From Dongiaceae bacterium (lineage in GTDB: Bacteria > Verrucomicrobiota > Verrucomicrobiia > Limisphaerales > JAFMIX01), in assembly GCA_035492855.1 (NCBI GenBank), contig DATJIU010000125.1:4025-68024 (forward strand): a stretch of DNA of 64,000 bases, read 5' to 3'. Position 1 is the first letter of the stretch. Each line of letters starts with the position of its first letter. The position numbers and the translations under genes were made by a program. This document shows, piece by piece, positions 19,517 through 28,542 of this stretch. The notes beneath the pieces were generated by a model. The model had not been told where the DNA came from. It searched no databases and saw nothing but the letters and a program-made list of their open reading frames with translations.

Positions 19517-21163
19517 ATGAAAATCCTTCTCCTCAACCCGCCGCACCCGGCCATCGGCAGCCGGATTCCGCGCGAACACCTGCCGCCCCTCGGCCTCCTG
19601 TCCCTCGGCGGCCCGCTGCGCGATGCCGGGCACGAGGTCACCCTGCTCGACGCGGAGTTTGGGCCCATGGCCCTGGCCCAAATCATCGCCGCCGCACGGG
19701 AACGTAATCCCGACGCCGTCTTGCTGGGCCACTCCGGCTCCACCTCCGCCCATCCCGTGGCCTGCCGCATTGCCACTGCTTTGAAGGCCGCTTTGCCACA
19801 GACCTGGATCGTCTATGGCGGCGTGTTTCCCTCGTATCACTGGAGCGAAATTATGGCGCAGGAATCAGAAATGGATTTCATCGTGCGGGGTGAAGGGGAG
19901 GAGACCATCGTGCGCCTGGTTGCCGCGCTGGAACAGCGGCAACCATTGGACCGGGTGCCCGGAATCGTGTTCCGTACCGGCACGGTCCCCGGCGTACGGC
20001 GGCTAATGTCGGTCGGGACAGACGCTCCCGCCGTGGCCAACGCCCCGGCGCCGGTCATTCGCGACCTCGACGCCTGCCGCGTGGGTTGGGAACTTATTGA
20101 CCATCGCCGCTACACTTATTACGGCAAACGCCGCGCCGTGGTCGCGCAATTTTCGCGCGGCTGTCCGCACCGCTGTAGTTATTGCGGCCAGCACCAGTTT
20201 TGGCGCGCCTGGCGGCACCGCGACCCCGTGAAGTTCGCCGCCGAACTCGCCTGGCTGCACCGCGAGCACGGCGTGGAACTCGTGAATTTCGCCGATGAAA
20301 ATCCCACTGCCTCGCGTCCGGCCTGGCAGGCGTTTCTGGAAGCGCTCATCGCCGAAAACGTCCCGCTGACCTTCATCGGCACCACGCGCGCCGGCGACAT
20401 CGTTCGCGACGCCGACATCCTGCACCTGTACCGGCGCGCCGGGGTGGTGCGTTTCTTGTTGGGACTCGAAAGCACCGACGACGCCACCCTGCAGGCTATT
20501 CACAAGGGCAGCACCCGTGCCATCGACCGCGAGGCCATCCAGTTGCTCCGCCGGCACGGCATCATTTCCATGGCCGCCTGGGTGGCCGGTTTTGTGCAGG
20601 AGCGCGACACCGACTACTGGCGCACCCTGCGGCAGTTGCTCACTTACGATCCGGACCAGATCCAGGCGCTCTACGCCACGCCGCACCGCTGGACTCCCTT
20701 CGCGCAACAGGAAGCCGCGCACCGCGTGGTGCAGACCGACCTCAGCCGCTGGGATTACAAACATCAAATCCTCGAAAGCCGGCATGTGCCCAACTGGCGG
20801 GTCGTGCTCTGGGTGAAATTTATCGAAGCCGTCTGCCAGCTGCGGCCCAAGGCGCTGTACCGGTTGCTGGCGCATCCCGACCCGGAATTCCGGGCCGGCA
20901 TGCAATGGTACTCCAACATTGGCCGGCGCGTCTGGCCGTATGAAGTGTGGCACTGGCTCTTCCGCGACCGCCGCACCGCCACCGGCCCCGCGCTCGGAGA
21001 GTTCCTCAACGGCGGGTGGAAACAATTTTTTTCGCAGTCGAAAACTGATCGGAAGGCAACGAAACCGGTTTCGCCCCAGATGCCACCTTGGCAGGCTGGC
21101 GGCGGCTTACTAAGCTTGCCGCATCAAACCGGTAAAAATGTGGCGGCCGGACCGGTCCGATAA
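19517..21163 (+). CDS. B12-binding domain-containing radical SAM protein (BchE/P-methylase-like class B)
   Basis: A 548-aa ORF. The N-terminus has a cobalamin-binding-like Rossmann fold (MKILLLNPPHP, LLGHSGSTSAHP). The radical SAM cluster motif is FSRGCPHRCSYCGQ (CxxxCxxC). The C-terminal region is conserved-looking (YDPDQIQALYATPHRWTPF). Confidence 0.8.
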   Translation: MKILLLNPPHPAIGSRIPREHLPPLGLLSLGGPLRDAGHEVTLLDAEFGPMALAQIIAAARERNPDAVLLGHSGSTSAHPVACRIATALKAALPQTWIVYGGVFPSYHWSEIMAQESEMDFIVRGEGEETIVRLVAALEQRQPLDRVPGIVFRTGTVPGVRRLMSVGTDAPAVANAPAPVIRDLDACRVGWELIDHRRYTYYGKRRAVVAQFSRGCPHRCSYCGQHQFWRAWRHRDPVKFAAELAWLHREHGVELVNFADENPTASRPAWQAFLEALIAENVPLTFIGTTRAGDIVRDADILHLYRRAGVVRFLLGLESTDDATLQAIHKGSTRAIDREAIQLLRRHGIISMAAWVAGFVQERDTDYWRTLRQLLTYDPDQIQALYATPHRWTPFAQQEAAHRVVQTDLSRWDYKHQILESRHVPNWRVVLWVKFIEAVCQLRPKALYRLLAHPDPEFRAGMQWYSNIGRRVWPYEVWHWLFRDRRTATGPALGEFLNGGWKQFFSQSKTDRKATKPVSPQMPPWQAGGGLLSLPHQTGKNVAAGPVR

Positions 21164-21172
21164 CCTTCAACT

Positions 21173-22684
21173 ATGATTCGCAAGATCATTTGCTTCAATT
21201 CTCTCATTGTCCTGGCGTTGGCGGTGGGATTCTTCATCTACCCGCCAGTTCGGGCCTGGCTGGATATCCGCGATCCGGCCTTGCGCCAGCCCGGCATGCC
21301 CCGGGTGGCCTGGCGCCTCTACCACAGTCTCACCCCGCGCTATGCCGCGTGGGCCCGGGAGCGCGTCGCTGCAGGCCGCGCGGCGGAAGTGGATCGGGAT
21401 GACATTTCCGGCACCGAATGGCCCTTGTTTGGTTCGGCTTTTTATCTTTGGAGCCTGGAGAATTTGCAGGCAGCGTGGGATGCTGGCGACCATTCGGGAG
21501 GTGCCGAGCCTCGCGTCTATGCGCGCGAAGCCATTCAGGCGACTGCGGAACTGGTGGTGGATCCCCGCCATGCCACCTGGGTGAAAAAACACTGGGGCGA
21601 AAACTATTTGCACCGGGAAAATGTGTTCTACCGCATGCTGGTGATCGCCGCGCTAACCAGCCGGGAGAAACTCTTGCACGATGGTTTTCGCCAGGACCTC
21701 CTGCGGGACCAGGTGGAGACTTTCGCGGCTGAACTGGATGCTTCACCCACCGGTCTGCTGGATGATTACCCCGCGCAATGTTATCCTGGCGATGTCATGG
21801 CTGCGCTCATGTGCATCCGGCGGGCGGACGCCGTGCTGGGCACGGACCATTCCCAATTTATCCAACGCGCGCTGCGCGGCTTTACAGGCCCCCAAGCCAC
21901 CCCGGAAGGGCTGCCCCCGTATGCGGCCAATGCCAAAACCGGCCGGCCTGAGTCCGCGGCCCGCGGCTGCGGAAATTCCTACATGGGGCTTACGGCGCCG
22001 GAACTGTGGCCGGCCCAAGCCCAAAGTTGGTTTGAGCAATACGACAAATTATTCTGGCAGCACCGTATTTCGGCAGTGGGATACCGGGAATATCCCGTGG
22101 CATTGGCCGCGCCGGATTGGACCATGGACGTGGATGCCGGGCCGGTAATTGCCGGTCATGGGGTTTCGGCCAGCGCTTTTGGCCTTGGGGCCGCGCGGAA
22201 GAATGGCCGGTTTGACCGTGCTTACCCGCTCGCGGCCGAACTGCTCATTACCGTGGGAGAATTGCCCAATGGCGTGCTGGCCGGTCCGCGACTGCTTTCA
22301 AATGTGAGCGATGCCCCTTTGTTGGGCGAGGCCGCCGTCCTGTGGCAGCTCAGTGTCCCGCCGGAAAAAAACTTCCCCATCAAAACCGGCGACCGGTTGC
22401 CCGCGTATGTTTATGTTGTCACTGCCATTTGGCTGCTCCCCGGGCTGATCCTGATCTGGTGGGCGCTGCGAAGCGTTCGAAGAATCCGCCGCGCGCCAGA
22501 GGTGACCGTATGGTTTCCGCGATTTCAACTTGGCCTGTGGAGTGGGCTATTGCTGGCGGCGGTGATTGCGTATTTCCTGGGTCACCTCCTGCTGGGCATC
22601 GCCCTGTTGATTTTTGGTGTGATGTTTCCGGCTACGAGCCGAAATACTGCGTCAGCGCAGGGCGACCGTTACCTTGAAACATAG
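21173..22684 (+). CDS. hypothetical membrane-anchored protein (function unknown)
   Basis: A 503-aa ORF starting 9 nt after the radical SAM stop. It has an N-terminal TM helix ([16 protein letters not shown]) and 2-3 C-terminal TM helices ([49 protein letters not shown]). I recognise no motif in the central soluble part. Confidence 0.6.
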   Translation: MIRKIICFNSLIVLALAVGFFIYPPVRAWLDIRDPALRQPGMPRVAWRLYHSLTPRYAAWARERVAAGRAAEVDRDDISGTEWPLFGSAFYLWSLENLQAAWDAGDHSGGAEPRVYAREAIQATAELVVDPRHATWVKKHWGENYLHRENVFYRMLVIAALTSREKLLHDGFRQDLLRDQVETFAAELDASPTGLLDDYPAQCYPGDVMAALMCIRRADAVLGTDHSQFIQRALRGFTGPQATPEGLPPYAANAKTGRPESAARGCGNSYMGLTAPELWPAQAQSWFEQYDKLFWQHRISAVGYREYPVALAAPDWTMDVDAGPVIAGHGVSASAFGLGAARKNGRFDRAYPLAAELLITVGELPNGVLAGPRLLSNVSDAPLLGEAAVLWQLSVPPEKNFPIKTGDRLPAYVYVVTAIWLLPGLILIWWALRSVRRIRRAPEVTVWFPRFQLGLWSGLLLAAVIAYFLGHLLLGIALLIFGVMFPATSRNTASAQGDRYLET

Positions 22685-23445
22685 GCCGCGGCGCGCAGGT
22701 TCACCACGTCCGGGTCGTCCGGGCTGCTGGTCGCGCAGCGCCATTTGAAGGATTCCACATGCCCGTCGGCAAAGCTCAAGGGGTAGCACGTTTTATGAAC
22801 GCGCGTGGGCGTGTCATTCATGCCATAACCCGGATCAATGATGACCGCCAGCATCGCGTCATTGACGCCCTTGGGGTCCTCGTCCACGAAAACAAAGAGC
22901 CGGGCCGGGGCCGGTAGGGCGGAATCTTTTTGATAGACCGCCCGCGCGGGATCCAGGCCATCCACCCACAGCGCTGGCGAAAGGCCGTTCATCCAGTTGT
23001 TCATCGAGTAGGTGCGCACATACGGAACGCCCCCCACGCTCCGGGTGTCCAGCGAGCAGCGATAAATTCCCGGCGCGCCAGTGTACGGGAACAGGGTGCC
23101 GCGGGTGAGGCACGCGGCATTGGTCGCATCCAGCACGCCCGGATCCAACTGGGCGTAAGCCGGGTCGGGCGGGATGGTTTGCGCATTGCCCAGGGCCCAG
23201 GCATTCAGATTGGTCGCCAGCGGCAGATGATAGGGAACGCACGAGGCAAGCCGGCCTTCGTTGTCGCCATTATACGAGGTCCAGGCCGTGGTTAGTTGTT
23301 TCAGATTATTGAGGCAGATGGTCTGTTTGGCCTTGGCTTTGGCGGACGACAGGGCCGGCAACAACAACGCGGCCAGAATGGCGATGATGGCAATCACCAC
23401 CAGCAGTTCAATCAAGGTAAAGCCGCTGCGAACGTGCCGGTTCAT
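22669..23445 (-). CDS. prepilin-type N-terminal cleavage/methylation domain protein with H-X9-DG motif (DUF1559-like)
   Basis: A 258-aa ORF starting [40 protein letters not shown]. The H-X9-DG motif is seen as [12 protein letters not shown]. Its 3' end overlaps the convergent gene 21173..22684 by 16 nt. Confidence 0.85.
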   Translation of the reverse strand: MNRHVRSGFTLIELLVVIAIIAILAALLLPALSSAKAKAKQTICLNNLKQLTTAWTSYNGDNEGRLASCVPYHLPLATNLNAWALGNAQTIPPDPAYAQLDPGVLDATNAACLTRGTLFPYTGAPGIYRCSLDTRSVGGVPYVRTYSMNNWMNGLSPALWVDGLDPARAVYQKDSALPAPARLFVFVDEDPKGVNDAMLAVIIDPGYGMNDTPTRVHKTCYPLSFADGHVESFKWRCATSSPDDPDVVNLRAAAYVSR

Positions 23446-23522
23446 GGCAAATGAGACAATGAGCCGCTTTTGGCGCTTGTCAAATCATCCAATTTGGCCG
23501 GAGGCACCTGGCAGCAGTCCGT

Positions 23523-24839
23523 TTAGCGCACGGTCAAATTGGAAAACACGCCGTCACTGGGATAGTTCGGATCGCCATAGACCCGGAGTCCAATGAAGCC
23601 GGAGGCGAAGCTGGCGTCGTTGGTTTTTATAACGGGATTGTCGTTCAAGCGGATTTCCAGGTGCGTACCGTTGGCCTGAAAGGTGAATTTTTCCAATTGT
23701 CCCGGCGCTGAAAGTCCGCGGCGTTTGAAGATGGCGAGCTCCCGTTCTTCGCCGACCTGTCTTTTGATCAGGACTATTTTGGAGGTGTCGGCCCGGGCCG
23801 ACGGCGTGCCATCCGGAGCAAAAATAGCGAGATAGCCGTTTTCCCCATCCTGCAGGCGCAGGGCCAATGAGGCTTCCCGGTTGGTCGTGCTGACCAGGGC
23901 CGATACGGTGACGTTGCCGTATTGTTTGGTGGACGCCAAAATGCTGTCGCCGTTGGTGGTGTGTCCGGTGATGACGCCGTTGGCCCAATTCCATTGCTCC
24001 GCCGTGCCATTCAGCACCGACCAGTCTTTGGGAATTCCGTAAATATGGGTTTCGCGATGCGGGAAGGTGAGGGTCGCTACCGTTCCCGCCACCAGCAACA
24101 CACCCGCCCCGGCGATGATTGCGGTTTTTGCCTTGGTCCATGCCATAATTTTCAATGCTCCTTGAATGAGGGTTAAAGTGGAAGCGCTGGCCGCCGCCCC
24201 TTTGGCGATGGCGGCAACCGCCACTGTTTTTGCCAACGTCGCCGGAGCGACCTGAATGGAGTGGAGGGCCACAACTTCAGCAATTATTGCCGTGGTGGAA
24301 TCCACGCCCCGCTTCGCAAAAAATTTTCGCAGCCGTTCCAACGCCCGGGTGACACGTTTCTTGGCGGCGCCCTCGCTGGCGCCCAGGGCCGCGCCCACTT
24401 CGCCCAGGCTGCGGCCTTCAAAAAACCGCAGCACCACGGCGTCATGATCCTTCCGGCCGAGTTGTTCCAGCGCATCCTCCAGCAGCGGGGCGATGCGCGT
24501 CCAGTCTCCGGATTCCGGTTCATTCAGGGTGGATTGCATGTAGGCCTCCTGCTCGCGGTGCTGCCGCCGTCGTTGGGTGGTCAGCGCGTTGGCACCGGTG
24601 TAGCGCGCCGTGCGGCACAGCCAGCCGGACAGCACGGTGTGGGGGGATAATTGTGCCGCCTTGCGGGCCAGGATAATGAATGTGGCCTGCGTGATTTCCT
24701 CCGCGAGCTGCGGATCGCCCACCTGCCGCAAGGCCACCGAATACACCAGATTGACATGCCGGGAAACCAGCGCGGCAAAGGCCGGCTCGGAATTGTTCCG
24801 GGCATACTCCCGGAGCAACGCCATGTCGTCAGTCATCAT
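23523..24839 (-). CDS. ECF-type sigma-70 factor fused to TM segments and an extracytoplasmic ConA/LamG-like (DUF1080-like) domain
   Basis: The track ORF is 23523..24848 with a GTG start. ATG codons occur at 24839 and 24836. Sigma region 2 is LVSRHVNLVYSVALRQVGDPQLAEEITQATFIILARK. Region 4 is RFFEGRSLGEVGAALGASEGAAKKRVTRALERLRKFF. Hydrophobic stretches follow (TAIIAGAGVLLVAGTVATLTF). A roughly 170-aa C-terminal beta-rich domain completes the protein (WNWANGVITGHT, FIGLRVYGDP). Confidence 0.75.
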   Translation of the reverse strand: MMTDDMALLREYARNNSEPAFAALVSRHVNLVYSVALRQVGDPQLAEEITQATFIILARKAAQLSPHTVLSGWLCRTARYTGANALTTQRRRQHREQEAYMQSTLNEPESGDWTRIAPLLEDALEQLGRKDHDAVVLRFFEGRSLGEVGAALGASEGAAKKRVTRALERLRKFFAKRGVDSTTAIIAEVVALHSIQVAPATLAKTVAVAAIAKGAAASASTLTLIQGALKIMAWTKAKTAIIAGAGVLLVAGTVATLTFPHRETHIYGIPKDWSVLNGTAEQWNWANGVITGHTTNGDSILASTKQYGNVTVSALVSTTNREASLALRLQDGENGYLAIFAPDGTPSARADTSKIVLIKRQVGEERELAIFKRRGLSAPGQLEKFTFQANGTHLEIRLNDNPVIKTNDASFASGFIGLRVYGDPNYPSDGVFSNLTVR

Positions 24840-25081
24840 CTTACCCACATATTTACGCCGGCGTGAAAAAGGGACAGATTATTTCAGGGTTTCCGCACCC
24901 GTTTACAGCACGCTAACGGGGTTCGCGCAATCAACGGAATGTCCACAGCAATTTCCGCAAACTCGGTGACAGGAAGAACGGTTCGTGAATACACTGCTAT
25001 AATTCCTGCCAGGTTGGTCCGAAGGAAATGGAGATGGCTTCCGGTATCCTGAAGTGAACCTTTGCTTGGCCTCGGAATGTT

Positions 25082-25113
25082 ATTTTGGTGGGGCGAGCGT
25101 CCTCGCGAGCCGC
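25082..25113 (+). repeat. dispersed short repeat, copy B
   Basis: Identical 32-mer to 19241-19272. It is intergenic, between the MarR gene end and the ECF sigma gene start. Confidence 0.8.
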
Positions 25114-25133
25114 CTCTGAAACAATGTCCACCC

Positions 25134-25625
25134 TCAATGTTCCTCGCCGGATTCATGCACTGCTTCGTGGCCGATCTCGAACAGCGCCGCCAGCGTGCGC
25201 CGGGTGCAAAGCACGTCGGCCGTGCCCACTCGCGCGGTCAGTTCGACATCTATCTTTTCCCGTTCCGCCGCCTGGATGGCTGCCGCCGCCTGGCCGCGTT
25301 CCGTGAGGGAGACGGTCAGTTTGCGCCGGTCGTCGGCGTCCACCATGCGGCCGAGGTAGCCTCGTAGCACCAAGGTATCAACCAACTGCCCCGCCGCCTG
25401 CTTGGAGACCCCCAGTTCCTTGATCAACTGCCCCAGCGGCACGCCATCTGCGCCCATGGCGAGCCCGCCAATGACATACAGGCCGTTTCGGGGGATGTCG
25501 TCGTAACCTGCTGCGGTTAAGGCGCGGCGCATGGCGGCGCCGTAGGTGTTTCGGGCATGCCGGAGCAACGCCGGCAGCACTATTTCTTCGTACCATGGCT
25601 TCGACTCATTCATGGAAACGATCAT
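25134..25625 (-). CDS. MarR family transcriptional regulator
   Basis: A 163-aa ORF. The winged-helix region is LGQLIKELGVSKQAAGQLVDTLVLRGYLGRMVDADDRRKLTVSLTERG. An alternative ATG is at 25613. Confidence 0.8.
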   Translation of the reverse strand: MIVSMNESKPWYEEIVLPALLRHARNTYGAAMRRALTAAGYDDIPRNGLYVIGGLAMGADGVPLGQLIKELGVSKQAAGQLVDTLVLRGYLGRMVDADDRRKLTVSLTERGQAAAAIQAAEREKIDVELTARVGTADVLCTRRTLAALFEIGHEAVHESGEEH

Positions 25626-25644
25626 AAAGTAAATAATTCATATA

Positions 25645-25677
25645 GTCAATAAAATTGACAGTCAATTTGTGATTGAA
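25645..25677. promoter_or_regulatory. tandem palindromes GTCAAT-aaa-ATTGAC and GTCAAT-ttgtg-ATTGA directly upstream of the MarR gene (candidate autoregulatory operator)
   Basis: Read directly from the sequence at 25645-25659 and 25661-25676, 20 nt upstream of the MarR start. MarR proteins typically bind such pseudo-palindromes in their own promoters. Confidence 0.5.
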
Positions 25678-25974
25678 TTGTAAAGGCATCTTGGAATTCG
25701 AGTTACATTGAGGGAGCGCGACTGTGCTGCAAGCCAGTCGCAGCAATAAAGCCAACCAAGTTAGAAGAGATTGGGGATGATACGGCAAAGATTGTGGTGC
25801 TGCGGCTGGTCTCCGACACAGCCGCGCTCCGGGACAGCCCGCTCTCGCGGAAATCCCCGAGGTGAGATCCCTAAAATGTACCGCTAAGAAACCAAGGCAT
25901 TGCGGCAGCGATGCCTTACCATTAACGAGGCAGGGCAAAGCTGCCGCTTTGTAGGGGCTTCACTTGCGCCGCAT

Positions 25975-26580
25975 TCACCGGGGGTTCAACGCGACATCGC
26001 TTTTGGCGAAGGCCGAGGCGAGGAAGTTGTCCACCGGCTCATTTTCCACGAGGCCGAACTGGCGCAGCACCGGCAGGCCGATGAAGCGGCCCGCCAGTTC
26101 CGAAACCGGCAGATACTCGTTGATGGCTTGCAGCATCCGGGCGTGATGGCCTTCGTCGGGATCCAACTCGGAATCGGAATCCGCGTAGGTGGCCTCCTCG
26201 CCGCGCCAGGGTTCGTTTTCCCCGGCTTCGGCGTTTTCCGGCAGATTGGCGCGTCGGAAGAAGACGCAGGCATCTTCGCGGATGCGGCGTTCCTCGCCGA
26301 GCAGCCACACGAGCACGGCGCCGTTGTGCAGACTGGACCGCGCATGGGTGACCAGCCGGGTCCGCGGCGAACGCGCCAGCAGGACGGCGCGGAGCAGCAA
26401 CGCGAGGTCGGCGGGGATTTCGCTGGTGCCGACAAGGTCGAGTTGCAGCGTGCGCGGCTGGCGCGCGAGGGCGCGTTCCAGCTGCGGGATGCGGTCCAGG
26501 TAATAGAACTGGCCGTAGGCCAGGCGCAGCTCGAACCGGCGCAATTGGGGCCGGCGTCGGGATCGGGTTTTGGTTCTCAT
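25975..26580 (-). CDS. hypothetical protein downstream of RtcB (201 aa, no recognised motif; weak ClpP-fold-like pattern)
   Basis: This ORF is on the same strand as rtcB and starts 84 nt after it. The N-terminus is basic (MRTKTRSRRRPQLRR). It has no GGQ motif, so it is not PrfH. The stretch LDLVGTSEIPADLALLLRAVLLARSPRTRLVTHARSSLHNGAVLVWLLG loosely recalls the ClpP core, but without an evident catalytic His. The overlapping + ORF 25900..26613 is Arg/Gly-rich antisense. Confidence 0.55.
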   Translation of the reverse strand: MRTKTRSRRRPQLRRFELRLAYGQFYYLDRIPQLERALARQPRTLQLDLVGTSEIPADLALLLRAVLLARSPRTRLVTHARSSLHNGAVLVWLLGEERRIREDACVFFRRANLPENAEAGENEPWRGEEATYADSDSELDPDEGHHARMLQAINEYLPVSELAGRFIGLPVLRQFGLVENEPVDNFLASAFAKSDVALNPR

Positions 26581-26663
26581 AAATTCTCTTTTGTTTTTTG
26601 CTTGGTAAATTAAAAAAGCGCCGGGTTGCCGGTTGCAGACGGAGGGTCCACAACCGGCAACTA

Positions 26664-27794
26664 TTAGCGGCGCAACTTGCGCGTCTTGTACGTGAGGAGC
26701 GGACGGAACGTCGCGATGACGGATCCGAGTCCGGCAGCAACGAGGTCCACGACCACAGCCTCAATGTTCTTGTACGCGGCGGGCGCTTCCTCGTAGAGCA
26801 GGTCGCGCTCTTCGCAGATGACCCGGCTGCCGAGCGGCGTTTGGGTCAATTGCGAACGGCCGAACCGTTCGCGCATGCGCGCGCGGGCGGCGCTGCGGGC
26901 CCACTTGCGGCCCGCGCCGTGCGCCAGCGACCACGCGTGACTCGCGCCATCACCCACCGGCTTCACGAGGTAGCTCAATGCCCCGCGCGAACCTGGGATG
27001 ACCACGTAGTCGCTCTCCGCCGCCACGGCGCCCTTGCGGTGGAGCCACACGGTTTCACCCGCGCTGTCGCGGCGGGTGATGCTGTTGTGGACGCCATCCC
27101 ACAGGCATTCGGCGCCGACTCCGAGCGTGGCGGCGAAGCGTTGCGCGAGGAGCGCCCGGCTGGCGCGCGCCCAGCGCACCGCGAAGTCGTGACCGCGGAG
27201 ATAGCTCTCCGCAGCCAGCGAATCCGCCGCCACGCCGGCACCGCAGTGCTCGGCTACATGGGCGCGCAGGATGGTATCACCCAGGCCGCGCGAACCGCTG
27301 TGCACCAGCACCACGAGCTGTTGCTTGCCGAGGCCAAGCGGCCGGAACGCGGCGGCGTCCACCACCTGTTCGACGGTTTGCAACTCGGCGAAGTGGTTGC
27401 CGCCGCCGAGGGTGCCCAGGACGGCATCGAACTCCGTGGACGCGAGGCCGTGCGCGGCGAGATAATCGCCGCGCGCGCCTTCCCACGGGTGTTCAAGGTC
27501 GAACGCCTGCTGCGCCCAGCGGTCCAGCCGGATGTCGCGCCGGACGAGGTCCGTCCGGAACAGCGCCATGCCGCAGCCGATGTCGCCACCGATGAGGTGC
27601 GGATAAATCACACCCTCGGTGACGAAGGCGGCGCCGACCGGCGCGCCCTTGCCCGGGTGCAAATCCGGGAAGCCGGCGGCGGCGCGCATGCCGTTGAGCC
27701 GGGCCGTGGCGTAGAGCTGGCGCACCGCTTCGCCTTCCACCCAGCTTTTGGGGGAAGCGAAGAGGCGCACCGGGGATTCAGTTATAGTGTTCAT
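26664..27794 (-). CDS. rtcB: RtcB-family RNA 3'-phosphate ligase (short, about 376 aa, subclass)
   Basis: RtcB signature blocks are seen in order: FPDLHPGKGAPVG, IGGDIGCGMALF, LGTLGGGNHFAELQ, VLVHSGSRGLG, IPGSRGALSYLV and SLAHGAGRKW. The 432-aa + ORF 26598..27896 is its antisense shadow. Confidence 0.85.
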   Translation of the reverse strand: MNTITESPVRLFASPKSWVEGEAVRQLYATARLNGMRAAAGFPDLHPGKGAPVGAAFVTEGVIYPHLIGGDIGCGMALFRTDLVRRDIRLDRWAQQAFDLEHPWEGARGDYLAAHGLASTEFDAVLGTLGGGNHFAELQTVEQVVDAAAFRPLGLGKQQLVVLVHSGSRGLGDTILRAHVAEHCGAGVAADSLAAESYLRGHDFAVRWARASRALLAQRFAATLGVGAECLWDGVHNSITRRDSAGETVWLHRKGAVAAESDYVVIPGSRGALSYLVKPVGDGASHAWSLAHGAGRKWARSAARARMRERFGRSQLTQTPLGSRVICEERDLLYEEAPAAYKNIEAVVVDLVAAGLGSVIATFRPLLTYKTRKLRR

Positions 27795-27885
27795 GTTTTC
27801 AATAACCCGCCAGAGCGGGGGAATGGGATTCTGTTGACGGTCGTCGCAACGGGCGCCGACCGCCGCCCCGCCCGCATAAGGCGGG

Positions 27886-28041
27886 CTAGGGGGTAATTTC
27901 GAGTTTGGGTTTCGCGCCGAACCGGTTCACCGGCCGGAACACGAGGTTCAGGCGCTTGGCGAGCCGGATGCGGATGGCCCGTGGGGGCCGGTAACTGCGA
28001 AACCGGGGCATTTGGTATTGGTAACGGATGGTGGATTTCAT
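27886..28041 (-). CDS. possible small, very basic protein (51 aa) upstream of rtcB
   Basis: The ATG at 28041 gives MKSTIRYQYQMPRFRSYRPPRAIRIRLAKRLNLVFRPVNRFGAKPKLEITP. Third codon positions are strongly G/C-biased, as in the genuine genes here. It has no recognised homolog and no clear SD sequence. Confidence 0.35.
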   Translation of the reverse strand: MKSTIRYQYQMPRFRSYRPPRAIRIRLAKRLNLVFRPVNRFGAKPKLEITP

Positions 28042-28370
28042 GGTTTTTTCTTTCGTTATGGTTTTTAAAGCGAACTCAGTGATGCCAGCGAACCTTGTAG
28101 CCGGGCGGGCTGTCATCCGGCGGCACCACGGGTGCCGGCGGGGGATTTTGCGGGCCGGTTATTTTGGGTGGTCGCGGCGGGCGCGACCGAGGCTTATGCC
28201 GCAGCAACAGTTGCAGCAGACAGTGAATGGGTTTCATGTTGGTTCAGGGGTTGAGGGTTTTGAGTGACCGAAAAAAATTGGCCGCGAACTTTGCGAAAGG
28301 TCGCGGTGCCGCCCTGATGAATCAGGCGGTGAAATTGGGAATGGGACGGCGCCGCGGGATTATGCTCCGA

Positions 28371-28397
28371 CGGCTCGCGGGGACGCTCGCCCCACCA
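28371..28397 (-). repeat. dispersed short repeat, copy C (inverted, one mismatch in core)
   Basis: The reverse complement reads tggtggggcgagcgtccccgcgagccg. It matches the core of copies A and B except for one T/C difference. Confidence 0.7.
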
Positions 28398-28465
28398 CGG
28401 GGTCGATTTAACGGAGTAAACCGCAGGCCGGAGTTAAAGGCTAAAAATTGGGGGAAATGCCGGAG

Positions 28466-28542
28466 TGGTGCACCCGGCAGGACTTGAACCTGCAACCCTT
28501 TGATCCGAAGTCAAATGCTCTATCCAATTGAGCTACGGGTGC
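28466..28542 (-). tRNA. tRNA-Arg (anticodon UCG), CCA encoded
   Basis: I folded this by hand into a 77-nt cloverleaf. Acceptor stem: GCACCCG/CGGGTGC. D arm: GCTC-AATTGGATA-GAGC. Anticodon stem TTTGA/TCAAA with loop CT-TCG-GA. Variable loop: GGGTT. T arm: GCAGG-TTCAAGT-CCTGC. Discriminator A followed by CCA. Confidence 0.9.

Noticed and set aside
22669-22684. The 16-nt overlap of convergent genes 21173..22684 (+) and 22669..23445 (-) as a sign of a mis-called gene or frameshift.
   Set aside because: Both ORFs have coherent features up to their ends: TM helices in one and the prepilin H-X9-DG domain in the other. Short convergent overlaps are common. There is no evidence of a pseudogene.
25975-26580. 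Calling the gene downstream of rtcB prfH (release factor H).
   Set aside because: Its size and position fit PrfH, but the translation contains no GGQ motif and nothing resembling an RF domain.
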